A stretch of 64,000 bases of DNA from Clostridiales bacterium (GTDB lineage Bacteria > Bacillota > Clostridia > Saccharofermentanales > Saccharofermentanaceae), in contig JAFRRJ010000007.1 of the NCBI GenBank assembly GCA_017428155.1, forward strand, positions 8,357 to 72,356, given 5' to 3'. A program made the position numbers and the translations under genes. Shown piece by piece: positions 36,198 through 45,982 of the stretch (positions are counted from its first letter, which is position 1; every line of letters starts with the position of its first letter). The notes beneath the pieces were generated by a model. It was not told the origin of the DNA, did not search any database, and saw only the letters and a list, made by a program, of their open reading frames with translations.

Positions 36198-37511
36198 TCA
36201 GAAGCTTAAAGACATAAGCACACCTGAAAGAATGCAGATAGCGATATATGATACAGCGGTAAATATCACTCCGGCCCTGAAGTGAGGCTTTCCGCGTAAT
36301 ACCGTGGCGATAGTCATTGCAGCAGCAAATCCCAGTGCAAGAGATCCCCACATAGCCAGTATCCTCTTGGAAGTGTATCCGAATCTGCTGTAGTACAGAC
36401 CGAGCTTACTCATTGCAATAATCGCGAAGATGATGCTCTCGCTCATAAGGAGTGTTACCAGGATCTTGGAAGGCAGCGAGAACTTACCGTTCGAATCAGT
36501 CTTGCCCAGAAGGATTATCACAAGGTAAACACACATATTGACGGCCATAATGCCCACAAGCTCAAAGAATCCTTCTCTCGCATATTGGGATACCAGCATC
36601 TTATCAGGAACCCTGCCCACAAATCCGCCTAACATATAAGCAAGTCTCTTGATAAAGAAGAGAATATAAGCTCCTACAAACACGCCGGCCGCTATGTATA
36701 CGATAGTCGAGGATACAGTCTTTCCCTTGCCCCTGATTCTGGTCAGCCACTGAGCAACCCTCTTCTCCCTCTCACCGTCCGATTTGGCGCTTCTGGACAT
36801 AAGGCCATAGAGATAGAAGCACACAGGGATCGCAAAAATCACTCTGAACATTATGAGGTTTAATTCAATGTTCCTGAAATAGTCACCGAACCAGCGGGTA
36901 ATGTTACTGAAGAACAGATTGATATCCTCATCGATGGAAGCCATCAGGCTCACGGAGATAATAAGCAATACAGCCATGACGGCAATGAATATAACCGCAC
37001 CGGCAGGATTCTTTCTTCGCGTTTCAGTTTCTCCTTCAGAAGGCACTGATCGCTTAAAGCAGCCCCAGTCTGTGATGAAGTTCGGAAAGCCCGCAAATGA
37101 CTTAACATAAAGGCCATGTATGAGATCGGCAGGTATGAAGCCTGATGTCTTTCCTCCGAGAAGGATATTGTTAGATACCAGTACTGAATAAACGGCACAC
37201 AAATGCATTGCAAATACCGAGAGCTCCTCACTCGGTCCCATGGTTGCAGTTGAGCCTGACAGTATCATCATCACATACCAGAACACAGTCTGATAAGAAG
37301 GATTGACCGAAGCTCCCCTTCTTCCGCGCCTGACGATCTCATTGACAAATATGAACAATACCGCAAGCAACGGATATGCGACCGAGATCGAAAACCACCC
37401 TGATCTAACATAGAACTCACCGTATCCGGAGATCATAAGCCTGATATAAGCGTATGCCAAAGGATAGGCCAGGAGAACTCCCAGCCTTTGAAATATTACC
37501 TTTTTGTCCAT
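36198..37511 (-). CDS. polytopic membrane protein (DUF4153-like?)
   Basis: 437 aa with about 11 TM segments. Third gene of the DUF2975/XRE operon. Confidence 0.5.
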   Translation of the reverse strand: MDKKVIFQRLGVLLAYPLAYAYIRLMISGYGEFYVRSGWFSISVAYPLLAVLFIFVNEIVRRGRRGASVNPSYQTVFWYVMMILSGSTATMGPSEELSVFAMHLCAVYSVLVSNNILLGGKTSGFIPADLIHGLYVKSFAGFPNFITDWGCFKRSVPSEGETETRRKNPAGAVIFIAVMAVLLIISVSLMASIDEDINLFFSNITRWFGDYFRNIELNLIMFRVIFAIPVCFYLYGLMSRSAKSDGEREKRVAQWLTRIRGKGKTVSSTIVYIAAGVFVGAYILFFIKRLAYMLGGFVGRVPDKMLVSQYAREGFFELVGIMAVNMCVYLVIILLGKTDSNGKFSLPSKILVTLLMSESIIFAIIAMSKLGLYYSRFGYTSKRILAMWGSLALGFAAAMTIATVLRGKPHFRAGVIFTAVSYIAICILSGVLMSLSF

Positions 37512-37518
37512 TATTGAA

Positions 37519-37722
37519 TCATTCCTCTCTGTATTCGAGAATGTCTCCGGGCTGGCAGTCTAACGCCCTGCAAATATCATCTAATGTAGAGAATCTGACA
37601 GCCTTCGCCTTCTGGTTCTTAAGTATCGAGAGGTTCGCCTGCGTGATCCCGACTTTTGCGGCCAGTTCACCGGAGGAGATCTTGCGCTTCGCCATCATTA
37701 CATCAAGATTTACTATAATCAT
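37519..37722 (-). CDS. XRE-family HTH transcriptional regulator (YozG-like, 67 aa)
   Basis: MAKRKISSGELAAKVGITQANLSILKNQKAKAVRFSTLDDICRALDCQPGDILEY. Confidence 0.85.
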   Translation of the reverse strand: MIIVNLDVMMAKRKISSGELAAKVGITQANLSILKNQKAKAVRFSTLDDICRALDCQPGDILEYREE

Positions 37723-37737
37723 ATGCTCCTCCTTTCT

Positions 37738-38190
37738 TCAGATCGTAAGATCCAATTCTTCCTTCATGGTGATCGCCTTATCAAAGACAACCTTTACGCT
37801 CAATACGATGAGCCCCATGAACAATGCAATGATCGACAGTATCCAGCATCCGTACCAGACAAAACCGCCTACTACGCAAACAGCTGCGATCCCTACCAGA
37901 GCACCTGTGATAATACCCATAAGCTTTGTGTTAGCTCTGTCAAATACCAGATCCTTGCTCATATTCGACAACAGTTTGAATAAAGCGAAAAGGATAAAGT
38001 AAGCTCCTACAGTTCCGAGATAGAAAACTACTGCAAGAACTGCAATGCTTGGTGTATCAGATACTTCAGCCCAGTAATAAGCTATATACTGAGTGATCAC
38101 GATACCGAAGATATCAGCTACAACCACCATTGCTATAAACAGAACTGTTGCGATCTTTGCCCATCTGATTATTCCGTCATTATATCGCAT
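37738..38190 (-). CDS. DUF2975-type four-TM membrane protein
   Basis: 150 aa with four hydrophobic helices, directly upstream of a YozG-like regulator, which is the usual pairing for this family. Confidence 0.6.
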   Translation of the reverse strand: MRYNDGIIRWAKIATVLFIAMVVVADIFGIVITQYIAYYWAEVSDTPSIAVLAVVFYLGTVGAYFILFALFKLLSNMSKDLVFDRANTKLMGIITGALVGIAAVCVVGGFVWYGCWILSIIALFMGLIVLSVKVVFDKAITMKEELDLTI

Positions 38191-38235
38191 AGTCTATTTC
38201 CTCCTTCAAGAAATGTCTTAAGCATGCTTTATACC

Positions 38236-38313
38236 TGGTATACTAACATAGCGTTTCTCGTTTTTCAAGAGTTTTTTATCGTTTCTCGATATATTTTTCT
38301 CGTTTTGCTCTCG
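38236..38313 (-). promoter_or_regulatory. promoter (-35 TTGAAA, 17 nt spacer, -10 TAGTAT) with three CGAGAAA direct repeats plus one CGAGAGC variant
   Basis: On the plus strand TTTCTCG occurs at 38254-38260, 38282-38288 and 38296-38302, with the variant at 38307-38313. One copy lies in the promoter spacer. Confidence 0.4.
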
Positions 38314-38376
38314 AAAACGAAGCCCGAACACGCTCAAGCCCTTTATTTACAAGGCTTTGCGGCTTTTACCGGAAAA

Positions 38377-39147
38377 CTATGAATTCATTTCCTTTACAGT
38401 ATCCAGCGGCTTTACGGTCATCTCCGCCCACGCGGGAATGAGGCTGCTCCTCACGGCATTTCTTACTGAACGGATATTTGACCATGCTGTACAGTAGAAC
38501 GGTATCTTGTCACGATCCAGGATCTCAAGTTCGATTCTTGAAGTAATAGCAGAAGCTATGCCTTTCCTTCTGTAATCGGGAAGTACATCCACTCCTATCT
38601 GCCACATCTTCTCTGCATCAGCAGAACATCCTGCAAGCCCCACGAGTTTACCGCCGTCATAGGCGCCTACAGCCAGCACATCCAGCTGCTTTCTGTCCGC
38701 GCACAAAGCATTGGACCAGCTGGGAAGATACAGATCTTCATATTCGCCCTTTTCGAGCACGCGGATATCATACGGGATCGGGTGGTTAATAAGTCTGTTG
38801 ATGTCAGGAAGATAATATTCTGCCATGAAGCATACAGCCATGCCTTTGTCAGCAAGTCTCTCATTAAGCCAGTGCAGATTCGGCGTCTCAAACAAGTGAT
38901 AGAATTCGAACTTCCCGACATACTCCTTTACAATGTCTGAAGTCTCGTCCGTCACTGCGGCAACGACATTGCTTCCGTAAGATATAAAGTTGCACCCTAT
39001 CGGCATCTTATAGTACTTCTTGGCATTGGGACCGAGCTTTAACGGTACCACAACATTCTTACTGTCAAGGAAATCCTCAGGCCTGCACCCGATATCTTCT
39101 GCAGACTGTTCCATCGCGATCTTCAGAATGTCTTTGTTAGTCAACAT
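38377..39147 (-). CDS. GNAT family N-acetyltransferase
   Basis: Acetyl-CoA motif QIGVDVLPDYRRKGIASAI. Confidence 0.75.
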   Translation of the reverse strand: MLTNKDILKIAMEQSAEDIGCRPEDFLDSKNVVVPLKLGPNAKKYYKMPIGCNFISYGSNVVAAVTDETSDIVKEYVGKFEFYHLFETPNLHWLNERLADKGMAVCFMAEYYLPDINRLINHPIPYDIRVLEKGEYEDLYLPSWSNALCADRKQLDVLAVGAYDGGKLVGLAGCSADAEKMWQIGVDVLPDYRRKGIASAITSRIELEILDRDKIPFYCTAWSNIRSVRNAVRSSLIPAWAEMTVKPLDTVKEMNS

Positions 39148-39162
39148 ATAAACTCCTGCTCA

Positions 39163-39918
39163 TCAGGCAATATATTCTGCAAGGCCAAGCGCAATGCTGA
39201 AATGCCCTACATCATGCTGTCCGCCGTCGCCGTTCGCCTGCTTTCTTTCCTCCCATTCAGGAGCATCGAGAAGATCTCCGCCGGTAAAGAAGCAATAAAG
39301 ATCCAGTCCTCTGAAAGCACACATCGCCTGAACACCTGCTGATTCCATCTCAACAGAGATGCAGCCGTCAGCCTTATGCTTTTCGAAGTTATTCTTTGTC
39401 TCACGGTAGAAAGAATCCGTTGTCCATGTCTTTCCCTGAATATAAGGAATACCGTTGGTCTTCATGAATTCAGCAACTTTTCCGGAGTTCGTCATCTCTA
39501 CATAATCAGATGCCGGCATATAGTGATAAGATGTTCCCTCATCTCTATAGGCAGCCGTAGGAACCATTACCCGTCCATGAGCGATCTCCTTGTTAAGGCA
39601 GCCTGCTCCGCCGAAGAGTATGTACTTGCTGCATTCAAGCTCAACTAATGTATCCTCGATCAGACCGACAGTAATAGGCGCACCGATAAAGGTCTTATAG
39701 AAAGCTATCCTCTTGCCGTTCCTCTCAATGAGATACACAGGTGTGCGTCCGGTCGCAGACCACAGGCATGCTATCTCCTTTGCCCCATAGTTGTTTACTA
39801 CGAATTCCTCTATCTTATATGAGAAAGTAACGATGCAGACATCGACTTTTATGGCATCTTCTTTCCTGACCGGATTTATTATCGCCGGTGATTTGTCATC
39901 AAAAGCATCAGTTATCAT
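39163..39918 (-). CDS. nucleoside phosphorylase (PNP_UDP_1 family, uridine phosphorylase-like)
   Basis: GGAGCLNKEI and ISVEMESAGV blocks. Confidence 0.75.
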   Translation of the reverse strand: MITDAFDDKSPAIINPVRKEDAIKVDVCIVTFSYKIEEFVVNNYGAKEIACLWSATGRTPVYLIERNGKRIAFYKTFIGAPITVGLIEDTLVELECSKYILFGGAGCLNKEIAHGRVMVPTAAYRDEGTSYHYMPASDYVEMTNSGKVAEFMKTNGIPYIQGKTWTTDSFYRETKNNFEKHKADGCISVEMESAGVQAMCAFRGLDLYCFFTGGDLLDAPEWEERKQANGDGGQHDVGHFSIALGLAEYIA

Positions 39919-39984
39919 TATTTCACCCCGTGAAAATTGTTAGTATAAAGATAACACTCTTGATATTTCTTTACATCAGGAAAT

Positions 39985-40560
39985 TCAGGTTAATATGTAT
40001 ACCCTCTCCTCAGGAAGCATCCGGCTTATATCTTCGTGAGCCAGTCTGAGCGAATTCATCTTTTTGACCTGATCAGTGATATCAGTGATGTTTACTATCC
40101 AGTCATTTACATATTCTTTGACCGCTTCACCCCGGAGGCCGAGCTGGATCGATCTGAACGGAAGATTATTCCCGTCCACATCCTTCTCAGGATCCCACTG
40201 GATCCTGACATCGGAATCCTTAACAAGGTGCTGCCATTCTTCCTTTGAGATCCCGCAGTCTTCGGAATATGAAGAGATAACGGCACTTCTTACCGCTTTA
40301 TCAAATCCGGAACGCTTGATGTCTATAGCCAGCACATGTTCCTGGTTCTCCTTCTGTGCCCAGCCGCACCTGTACATCATCCAAAGAAATGACGGTTTTA
40401 TCCAGGTCATCCTGTCCATGCAAAAGAGCGGACCGAATGTTCCGATACGGACTGCTTCTTCCGCTATATATCTGTTGTATGCCTGATACACTCTGATGGT
40501 CGTATCGGTAAACAGAGCCCGGATCTCTTTTTGCGGTCTGTCAGAAATCATCTGGTTCAA
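39985..40560 (-). CDS. DUF4291 domain protein
   Basis: IRVYQAY...RMTWIKPSFLWMMYRCGWAQKENQE matches my recollection of DUF4291. Function unknown. Confidence 0.55.
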   Translation of the reverse strand: MNQMISDRPQKEIRALFTDTTIRVYQAYNRYIAEEAVRIGTFGPLFCMDRMTWIKPSFLWMMYRCGWAQKENQEHVLAIDIKRSGFDKAVRSAVISSYSEDCGISKEEWQHLVKDSDVRIQWDPEKDVDGNNLPFRSIQLGLRGEAVKEYVNDWIVNITDITDQVKKMNSLRLAHEDISRMLPEERVYILT

Positions 40561-40900
40561 AATCCCTGTAGTATTCTACAAAGGTTTTAATGAGTTCATC
40601 CTTTGAACGGATACCATCACCGGCAGCTCCGCCGTTTGCAAGACTGTCGATCCACTCCTGATCGATCATGCAGCCGACATCAAAATTGATATTGTATTTT
40701 GCTTTTTTTATGAGTTCTATATCCGATTCATCACCAATGCAGAAAAGGTACCCGCAAAGCAAACGGATATATTCCGAACTTCCTTCCTGAAAGCTCTTAA
40801 CTTCGACTTCTGTCAATTGCCTTATATAGTTCCTGTCGATCTTATCGAATTCAAAACCCAGTTCATTTATCAGTGCTTCAGCACGTTGTTCATTAGTCAT
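40541..40900 (-). CDS. hypothetical protein (119 aa)
   Basis: ORF with a 20 nt overlap on the downstream gene. Acidic, with no motif. Confidence 0.4.
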   Translation of the reverse strand: MTNEQRAEALINELGFEFDKIDRNYIRQLTEVEVKSFQEGSSEYIRLLCGYLFCIGDESDIELIKKAKYNINFDVGCMIDQEWIDSLANGGAAGDGIRSKDELIKTFVEYYRDFEPDDF

Positions 40901-40909
40901 TAAAAACCC

Positions 40910-41716
40910 CTAAAATGTATACTGCATGAAGTTGCCGTTATGCTTGAATCCGTATGCCGTATAGAGCTTCACGCCCATGTCCGAAGCCGTTATCTGAACA
41001 GCTCCGCAGCCATAAGCCCTTGCCTCCTCAACAACCCTGTGCAGCAGTTCCTTAGCTATACCCATGCGTCTGTACGAAGGATCCGTAAACATGCTTGACA
41101 GAAGGCCTATCCTTCCCGTCGGACAGCTGAAATACGGAGGTTTTTCCACAAAAGACATGCCGCTTGTTCCGATGATCTTATCGCCGTCCACTGCAAGCCA
41201 GGACACAAACGTCCCGTCTGCCATGTGGCGTTTATAGTAATCCTTAAGGTAAGGTACAAGATCGATATCTTCTGTAGCGCCCTCTTCTCTTAACTGTGTG
41301 ATCCTCATACTGATAAGTGTATCGAGATCAGCTTCTTCAAGCTTTCTGTATACTAATTCCATCTTTCCTCCGTCTGTGGAATTAACCTGTCTTTTATTTT
41401 CAAGGTAATTTACCGGTTCACCCTGCTCAATACCGGTTATCTCTATCTCATAAAGCCCGGATAAACCGATGAACTCCACTTTAAAAAGGTCACCTGTTTG
41501 AACATCATTTTCTTTTCTGAAGTCTTCATCAAACAGCACATCCAGTGCCACTGTATCAGTTGATGCAAAATCCGGAACAATGAAATATGTTGACCATGAG
41601 ACATCCTTGCTGTGAAGACTACACATCTCAATCTTTCCGGTCTTTTCTGAACCAAAATGCCTGATCAGCACTTCATCCACGTTTAACTTGGCTGTATATA
41701 TATTTTTCGTCTTCAT
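40910..41716 (-). CDS. GNAT family N-acetyltransferase with an extra N-terminal domain
   Basis: Motif A: SSMFTDPSYRRMGIAKELL. Confidence 0.7.
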   Translation of the reverse strand: MKTKNIYTAKLNVDEVLIRHFGSEKTGKIEMCSLHSKDVSWSTYFIVPDFASTDTVALDVLFDEDFRKENDVQTGDLFKVEFIGLSGLYEIEITGIEQGEPVNYLENKRQVNSTDGGKMELVYRKLEEADLDTLISMRITQLREEGATEDIDLVPYLKDYYKRHMADGTFVSWLAVDGDKIIGTSGMSFVEKPPYFSCPTGRIGLLSSMFTDPSYRRMGIAKELLHRVVEEARAYGCGAVQITASDMGVKLYTAYGFKHNGNFMQYTF

Positions 41717-41769
41717 TCCCGTAACCCCTGTTCATTCAATCCTTTACGGCTCTGTTATATAACAGTTTA

Positions 41770-42936
41770 TCAGAATCTGCTGCTTACAGTATCAACTATC
41801 TTATCTGAAAGCTTAGCGAGCAGACCTGAAAACTTATCAAGTCTTATAACTTTAAAAAGGATCTGTCTTAATTTATCGATAAGGCAGGAGCATATAACAA
41901 AGACTACAGCAAACAGCAAAATGAATAATACCGTCAGAAAAACATTCAGATTTGTAAGCGGGACGAATGCGTCGTACATCACATTGAGGTAAACAATCGG
42001 ATGCGCATTTATAAGATAAGTTGCAAACACACAAGGAGACATAAATCTCAGCACCTTATCTAATCCTTTTAAAGTCCTGATCCGTCTGAAAATAAGAAGG
42101 TGGCAAATTGCTGAGATAAGCATCGTAGGCGATATATATTTGCTTAGGAGTTCCTCATCCCATGTCGAATTAAGGAAACTTGTCTCCTTCATTACCATGT
42201 ACCAGCAAAGGCTTAAGATAACGCATACCACTATGCAGCATACAAGCTTAAGATTGGAGATCTTCTCTCCTATCCTGCATTTCCTTATAGCTGCACCAAG
42301 GAAATAAAGCACAAATACCCATGTAAACGAGAACGGTTGAACGATTCCCAGACTGTTGGCAAATATCGAGAAGAACGAGAAAACGATAATAACTGCAGCC
42401 ACGGTCTTCCTCAGTGTCACTTCATGAAGAGATCTTACGGCAGCATTAATGAACGGAGACATCAGATAGACAATAAAATAAGCGGTATAGTACCAGTATT
42501 CATTGCTGAACAGCGGAACGGCCGAACACAGAAAATCCTTTGAAGTAATTTTCCCCGGAAAGATGAAAAAGCATATTGAGGTAATTACCAGACCGTAAAA
42601 GACCACCTGGAACCACATATCAAAGATCCTCTTACGGTTAAGCTTTTTGGGCTTATCGGTATAGGATACATATCCTGTGACCAGCGCGAAAATATTGACC
42701 GCACACTGAGTCCAGAGAAAGAGCACCATAATAAGGATATGCGAGGCACTTCCTTTGCTTGCAAATATCACTCCACCCATTCCGACAGAATGAAGAATAA
42801 CGACATATACCATGGAAAGGATCTTAAGCGCATCCAATCCGTAAATACGTGAATCTGTCTTTGATAATTGCGTCTGCTCCATGCCTGCCACGGAATATCC
42901 CCCAAAACCTGTGAGACGTGCCTGCTGCTTCATCAA
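41770..42936 (-). CDS. acyltransferase family 3 (membrane O-acyltransferase)
   Basis: GLDALKILSMVYVVILHS N-terminal block and about 10 TM segments. The start is uncertain: TTG at 42936, ATG at 42933 or ATG at 42882. Confidence 0.7.
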   Translation of the reverse strand: MMKQQARLTGFGGYSVAGMEQTQLSKTDSRIYGLDALKILSMVYVVILHSVGMGGVIFASKGSASHILIMVLFLWTQCAVNIFALVTGYVSYTDKPKKLNRKRIFDMWFQVVFYGLVITSICFFIFPGKITSKDFLCSAVPLFSNEYWYYTAYFIVYLMSPFINAAVRSLHEVTLRKTVAAVIIVFSFFSIFANSLGIVQPFSFTWVFVLYFLGAAIRKCRIGEKISNLKLVCCIVVCVILSLCWYMVMKETSFLNSTWDEELLSKYISPTMLISAICHLLIFRRIRTLKGLDKVLRFMSPCVFATYLINAHPIVYLNVMYDAFVPLTNLNVFLTVLFILLFAVVFVICSCLIDKLRQILFKVIRLDKFSGLLAKLSDKIVDTVSSRF

Positions 42937-42990
42937 AGAAGATTATATCACGACTCCCAAATAATACTTCGGCACCGTCTATCACGCCGC

Positions 42991-43506
42991 TTAATAACTG
43001 TCATCATATGGCTTGAGATACTCTATCCCGTAATCGATCATTCTCCTGACCTGATTATTAGTCCTCATGCCGCCCTTCTTACGGTTACAGCGCCAGCACA
43101 GGCACTGAAGATTATCGGTATCCCGGCCTGTTCCTCCCTGAGCAACAGACTGTATGTGGTCTGCTTCAAGAAGAAGATAATCCCCCAGCCCCGGACAGAG
43201 ATCATCCAGAAAATCTCTGGATATTCCGCATATCTGACATGTATAGTTATCTCGCTCGAAAACCATATTCTTGTCAGACACCCTGATCCTGCGTCTGCCG
43301 GCTATTTCTCTTAGTCTCATTTCCTTGCGCCATAAGGCGTGCTGCTGGTATTTGTAGCGCAAAGCTACTATCAGAAGGATAAATAAGACCAGTCCAAGAA
43401 GGACCAGCAGAGATATTACAAGAAATGCCACAGCAGGATCTTCTCCACCCTGTCCGGCAGAGAATATCCCGTCCAATTCACTTATTACGCTTTCAAAAGA
43501 AATCAT
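42991..43506 (-). CDS. HNH endonuclease with an N-terminal transmembrane anchor
   Basis: TM segment AVAFLVISLLVLLGLVLFILLIVAL. HNH/zinc block CQICG...EADHIQSVAQGG...NLQCLCWRCNRKKG. Confidence 0.75.
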   Translation of the reverse strand: MISFESVISELDGIFSAGQGGEDPAVAFLVISLLVLLGLVLFILLIVALRYKYQQHALWRKEMRLREIAGRRRIRVSDKNMVFERDNYTCQICGISRDFLDDLCPGLGDYLLLEADHIQSVAQGGTGRDTDNLQCLCWRCNRKKGGMRTNNQVRRMIDYGIEYLKPYDDSY

Positions 43507-43520
43507 CGATGTAAGTCACC

Positions 43521-43889
43521 TTACTCCTTTTCGACAAGAATATTCAGATCACCATCGGCAAATCCCACTGCAACACCGTCCAGAGAATTCAAATATGCGG
43601 AAGCTTTTCCCTCCTGCAGGTACTGATACAACAGTTTGGTAACATCAGACAGAACCTTCTCCCAAATTGCTTCTTCTGCCCAGGCAAACGGTTCATCTCT
43701 TGTACCGAGATCAGTTACTTCGTCGCATGCCCAATCAGGATCTTCACTGTCAAAAGATGAACAGCCGACGACTTCCAAAGACCAGTTATCATCCCCATCC
43801 TCGTATAGATTAAAACAAATCGAGACCACACCTTCGGGTATGTTCCTCTCAAATACTTCATCCAGCCAACTGCTTAATCTGTCGTACAT
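43521..43889 (-). CDS. hypothetical acidic protein (122 aa, immunity-protein-like size and composition)
   Basis: Start set at MYDRLSSW, behind an AAGGAGGA RBS. No motif recognised. Confidence 0.45.
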   Translation of the reverse strand: MYDRLSSWLDEVFERNIPEGVVSICFNLYEDGDDNWSLEVVGCSSFDSEDPDWACDEVTDLGTRDEPFAWAEEAIWEKVLSDVTKLLYQYLQEGKASAYLNSLDGVAVGFADGDLNILVEKE

Positions 43890-43935
43890 AACTATTCCTC
43901 CTTTATATGTTGATCCCACATCTTGTTTTTCTCAT

Positions 43936-45255
43936 TTACTCCAGGTCTTCACCGACCATCTTGCTGATATCCAGCTTAGCATCCCACTTAAGCTCTTCTT
44001 TTATTTCATCAGTCAGCATATCTCTCTTGATCATTTTCTCAACCACTATCTCGCGGCAATATGAACATAAGGTGGATTCATATGCCCAAATAAGCAAAGC
44101 TTCCGGCATCTCGGGATTATCTCCGTTACCGCCGATTTCCGAAGCTATTCCATGCCATTCACCCGCGTTCTCCTCAGTTATCGGCAGTTCTTCAAGAAAA
44201 CTCATAATAAATGCTTCATCGCTTCTCCTGATGTTGTTTATCAGAAGCCTTACCGCACTCGGATTAAAACCTTTTTTTAGAAGATCTGTCGCATAATCAT
44301 GTAAACGTTCGTCTTTTAAAAGTGAGAGCGCTTCGTTTACCTCATCTGCCAATCTCTGATTGTCCGATGATCCGCACTCGATGAGTATGCCCGCATCCAA
44401 AGGCCAGGGAAATCTGCCGTAAGTAAAAACCGAAGCTATACCTGCCTTTATATCTGTATCCTCTTCTTTGCTGAACTGTTCTGCAAGTTTTACGGCTTCT
44501 TCTGAACTCATGCGCATTAAGCCGCGCTCCAACATCGTAATCCGCTTTATCTTCGGTTCTTCCCTGATCCAGGACAGCACTGTTTCTGATGTTGCATTAT
44601 CAACCCTATCCTCACTTACGAATTCAAACGGAAGAGACATGATCCTTATATACTCTTTAACGCCATCAGAATCGCTGTTGTATTTGAGCAGTTCATCATA
44701 TTTGCCCTCACCGAGCTCGTCTTCAAGATTACCGTCAAACCATAAAAAACGCGCAGCAAGATCATGAGGATCTTCATCTCTTGATAAAAACCAATTGCCG
44801 ATATCATTTACGACATGCCAGATTACTTTTATGCTGCAGCCCTCAATAAGCTTGATTGCAACATATTCAAAAGACCGGCAAAGAGGTATCATGTCACCCA
44901 TCGGACCTTTTTCATATAATTGTTCTTCGAGTTGCTTATACTTTTTGATAACGCTTTTTCGTTGCCCGAAAAAAATGAGAAGATCCGTAAGATAACAGAT
45001 CTGCTTCCAATCCTTATCAGCAGCAGGGTCGTTATAACTTTCCTTAATGGCTTCAACAAAAGGCGTGGGATCATCATAAAGTGAAATCAGATCATAAGTA
45101 AGAAAAGCCCGTGAGCCCTCACTTTGCATATCATAAGTATAGTCTTTCCTGCAGGCAGCCATGATCCTGTCACGGCAGCGCTCCGGATCTGCCTTGGCGA
45201 TCACATATGCACGTCCGTGTCCTGCCATAAGATAATGTTCGAAATCATAATTCAT
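43936..45255 (-). CDS. hypothetical protein (439 aa, alpha-helical repeat-like)
   Basis: Long clean ORF with no motif recognised. Confidence 0.45.
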   Translation of the reverse strand: MNYDFEHYLMAGHGRAYVIAKADPERCRDRIMAACRKDYTYDMQSEGSRAFLTYDLISLYDDPTPFVEAIKESYNDPAADKDWKQICYLTDLLIFFGQRKSVIKKYKQLEEQLYEKGPMGDMIPLCRSFEYVAIKLIEGCSIKVIWHVVNDIGNWFLSRDEDPHDLAARFLWFDGNLEDELGEGKYDELLKYNSDSDGVKEYIRIMSLPFEFVSEDRVDNATSETVLSWIREEPKIKRITMLERGLMRMSSEEAVKLAEQFSKEEDTDIKAGIASVFTYGRFPWPLDAGILIECGSSDNQRLADEVNEALSLLKDERLHDYATDLLKKGFNPSAVRLLINNIRRSDEAFIMSFLEELPITEENAGEWHGIASEIGGNGDNPEMPEALLIWAYESTLCSYCREIVVEKMIKRDMLTDEIKEELKWDAKLDISKMVGEDLE

Positions 45256-45273
45256 TATTGATGCTCCGGGCTC

Positions 45274-45675
45274 CTATTTGGCAACAAAAACAACATAGGT
45301 ATCATCGGTGATATGTACCGTCAACGAATTACCTTCAACGGTTACATTAAGAGACTGACTTCCGCTGCTGTTATATATCACATATGTTCCATCACCGTTT
45401 GCAACTATGGTGCCGGAATAGATCTTCTCGGGCACAATGTTAAAAGTAAACGTTTCTCCGTCAGTAGAAAAATGCGGAAAATCTGCATCCTTGATAAACA
45501 TGCGGCGTGGAACATCCGTTCCCTTATTGACAGCATGATCAAATGACCATTCAGAATCGATCGGTGCCGCCTCAGCATTCACATTGACTTTGCTCTTCAC
45601 TTCACATGAAGCACAGCAGATCAGAACAGCAAGACAGATAACCGGAATAATTAATCTCTTTAATCCCTTAAACAT
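45274..45675 (-). CDS. secreted/lipoprotein-like hypothetical protein
   Basis: N-terminal signal sequence ending in a Cys cluster (VICLAVLICCASC). Confidence 0.5.
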   Translation of the reverse strand: MFKGLKRLIIPVICLAVLICCASCEVKSKVNVNAEAAPIDSEWSFDHAVNKGTDVPRRMFIKDADFPHFSTDGETFTFNIVPEKIYSGTIVANGDGTYVIYNSSGSQSLNVTVEGNSLTVHITDDTYVVFVAK

Positions 45676-45982
45676 ACAAACTACTCCCTTAAATAGCTTC
45701 TTAAAAAGAATTGTAACGCTTTATCAGGATAATTTGAAAGTAAATCTTATAGGGGAAAGCAACTTTCCGATGTTGAATCCAGATTTAACGTGCTATTCTT
45801 TATATGGTAGAGGAAACACGCTTGTTCTGCGGCGATTACGGAACTCACGCAGACATGAAATATGACGTCGATCTTAAAATACAGATCGATGACCACTACA
45901 ATTACGAGGAAGATCCCACTGTAAGATATCAGCACGTTGCCTTGTTCATCAGGTGTGAATTTAATGACCTGCTGCCACAGGA

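Noticed and set aside
36100-36351. Track ORF of 83 aa overlapping the 3' end of the 437-aa membrane protein gene
   Set aside because: It overlaps a supported CDS and the stem-loop at about 36140-36170. The composition is odd.
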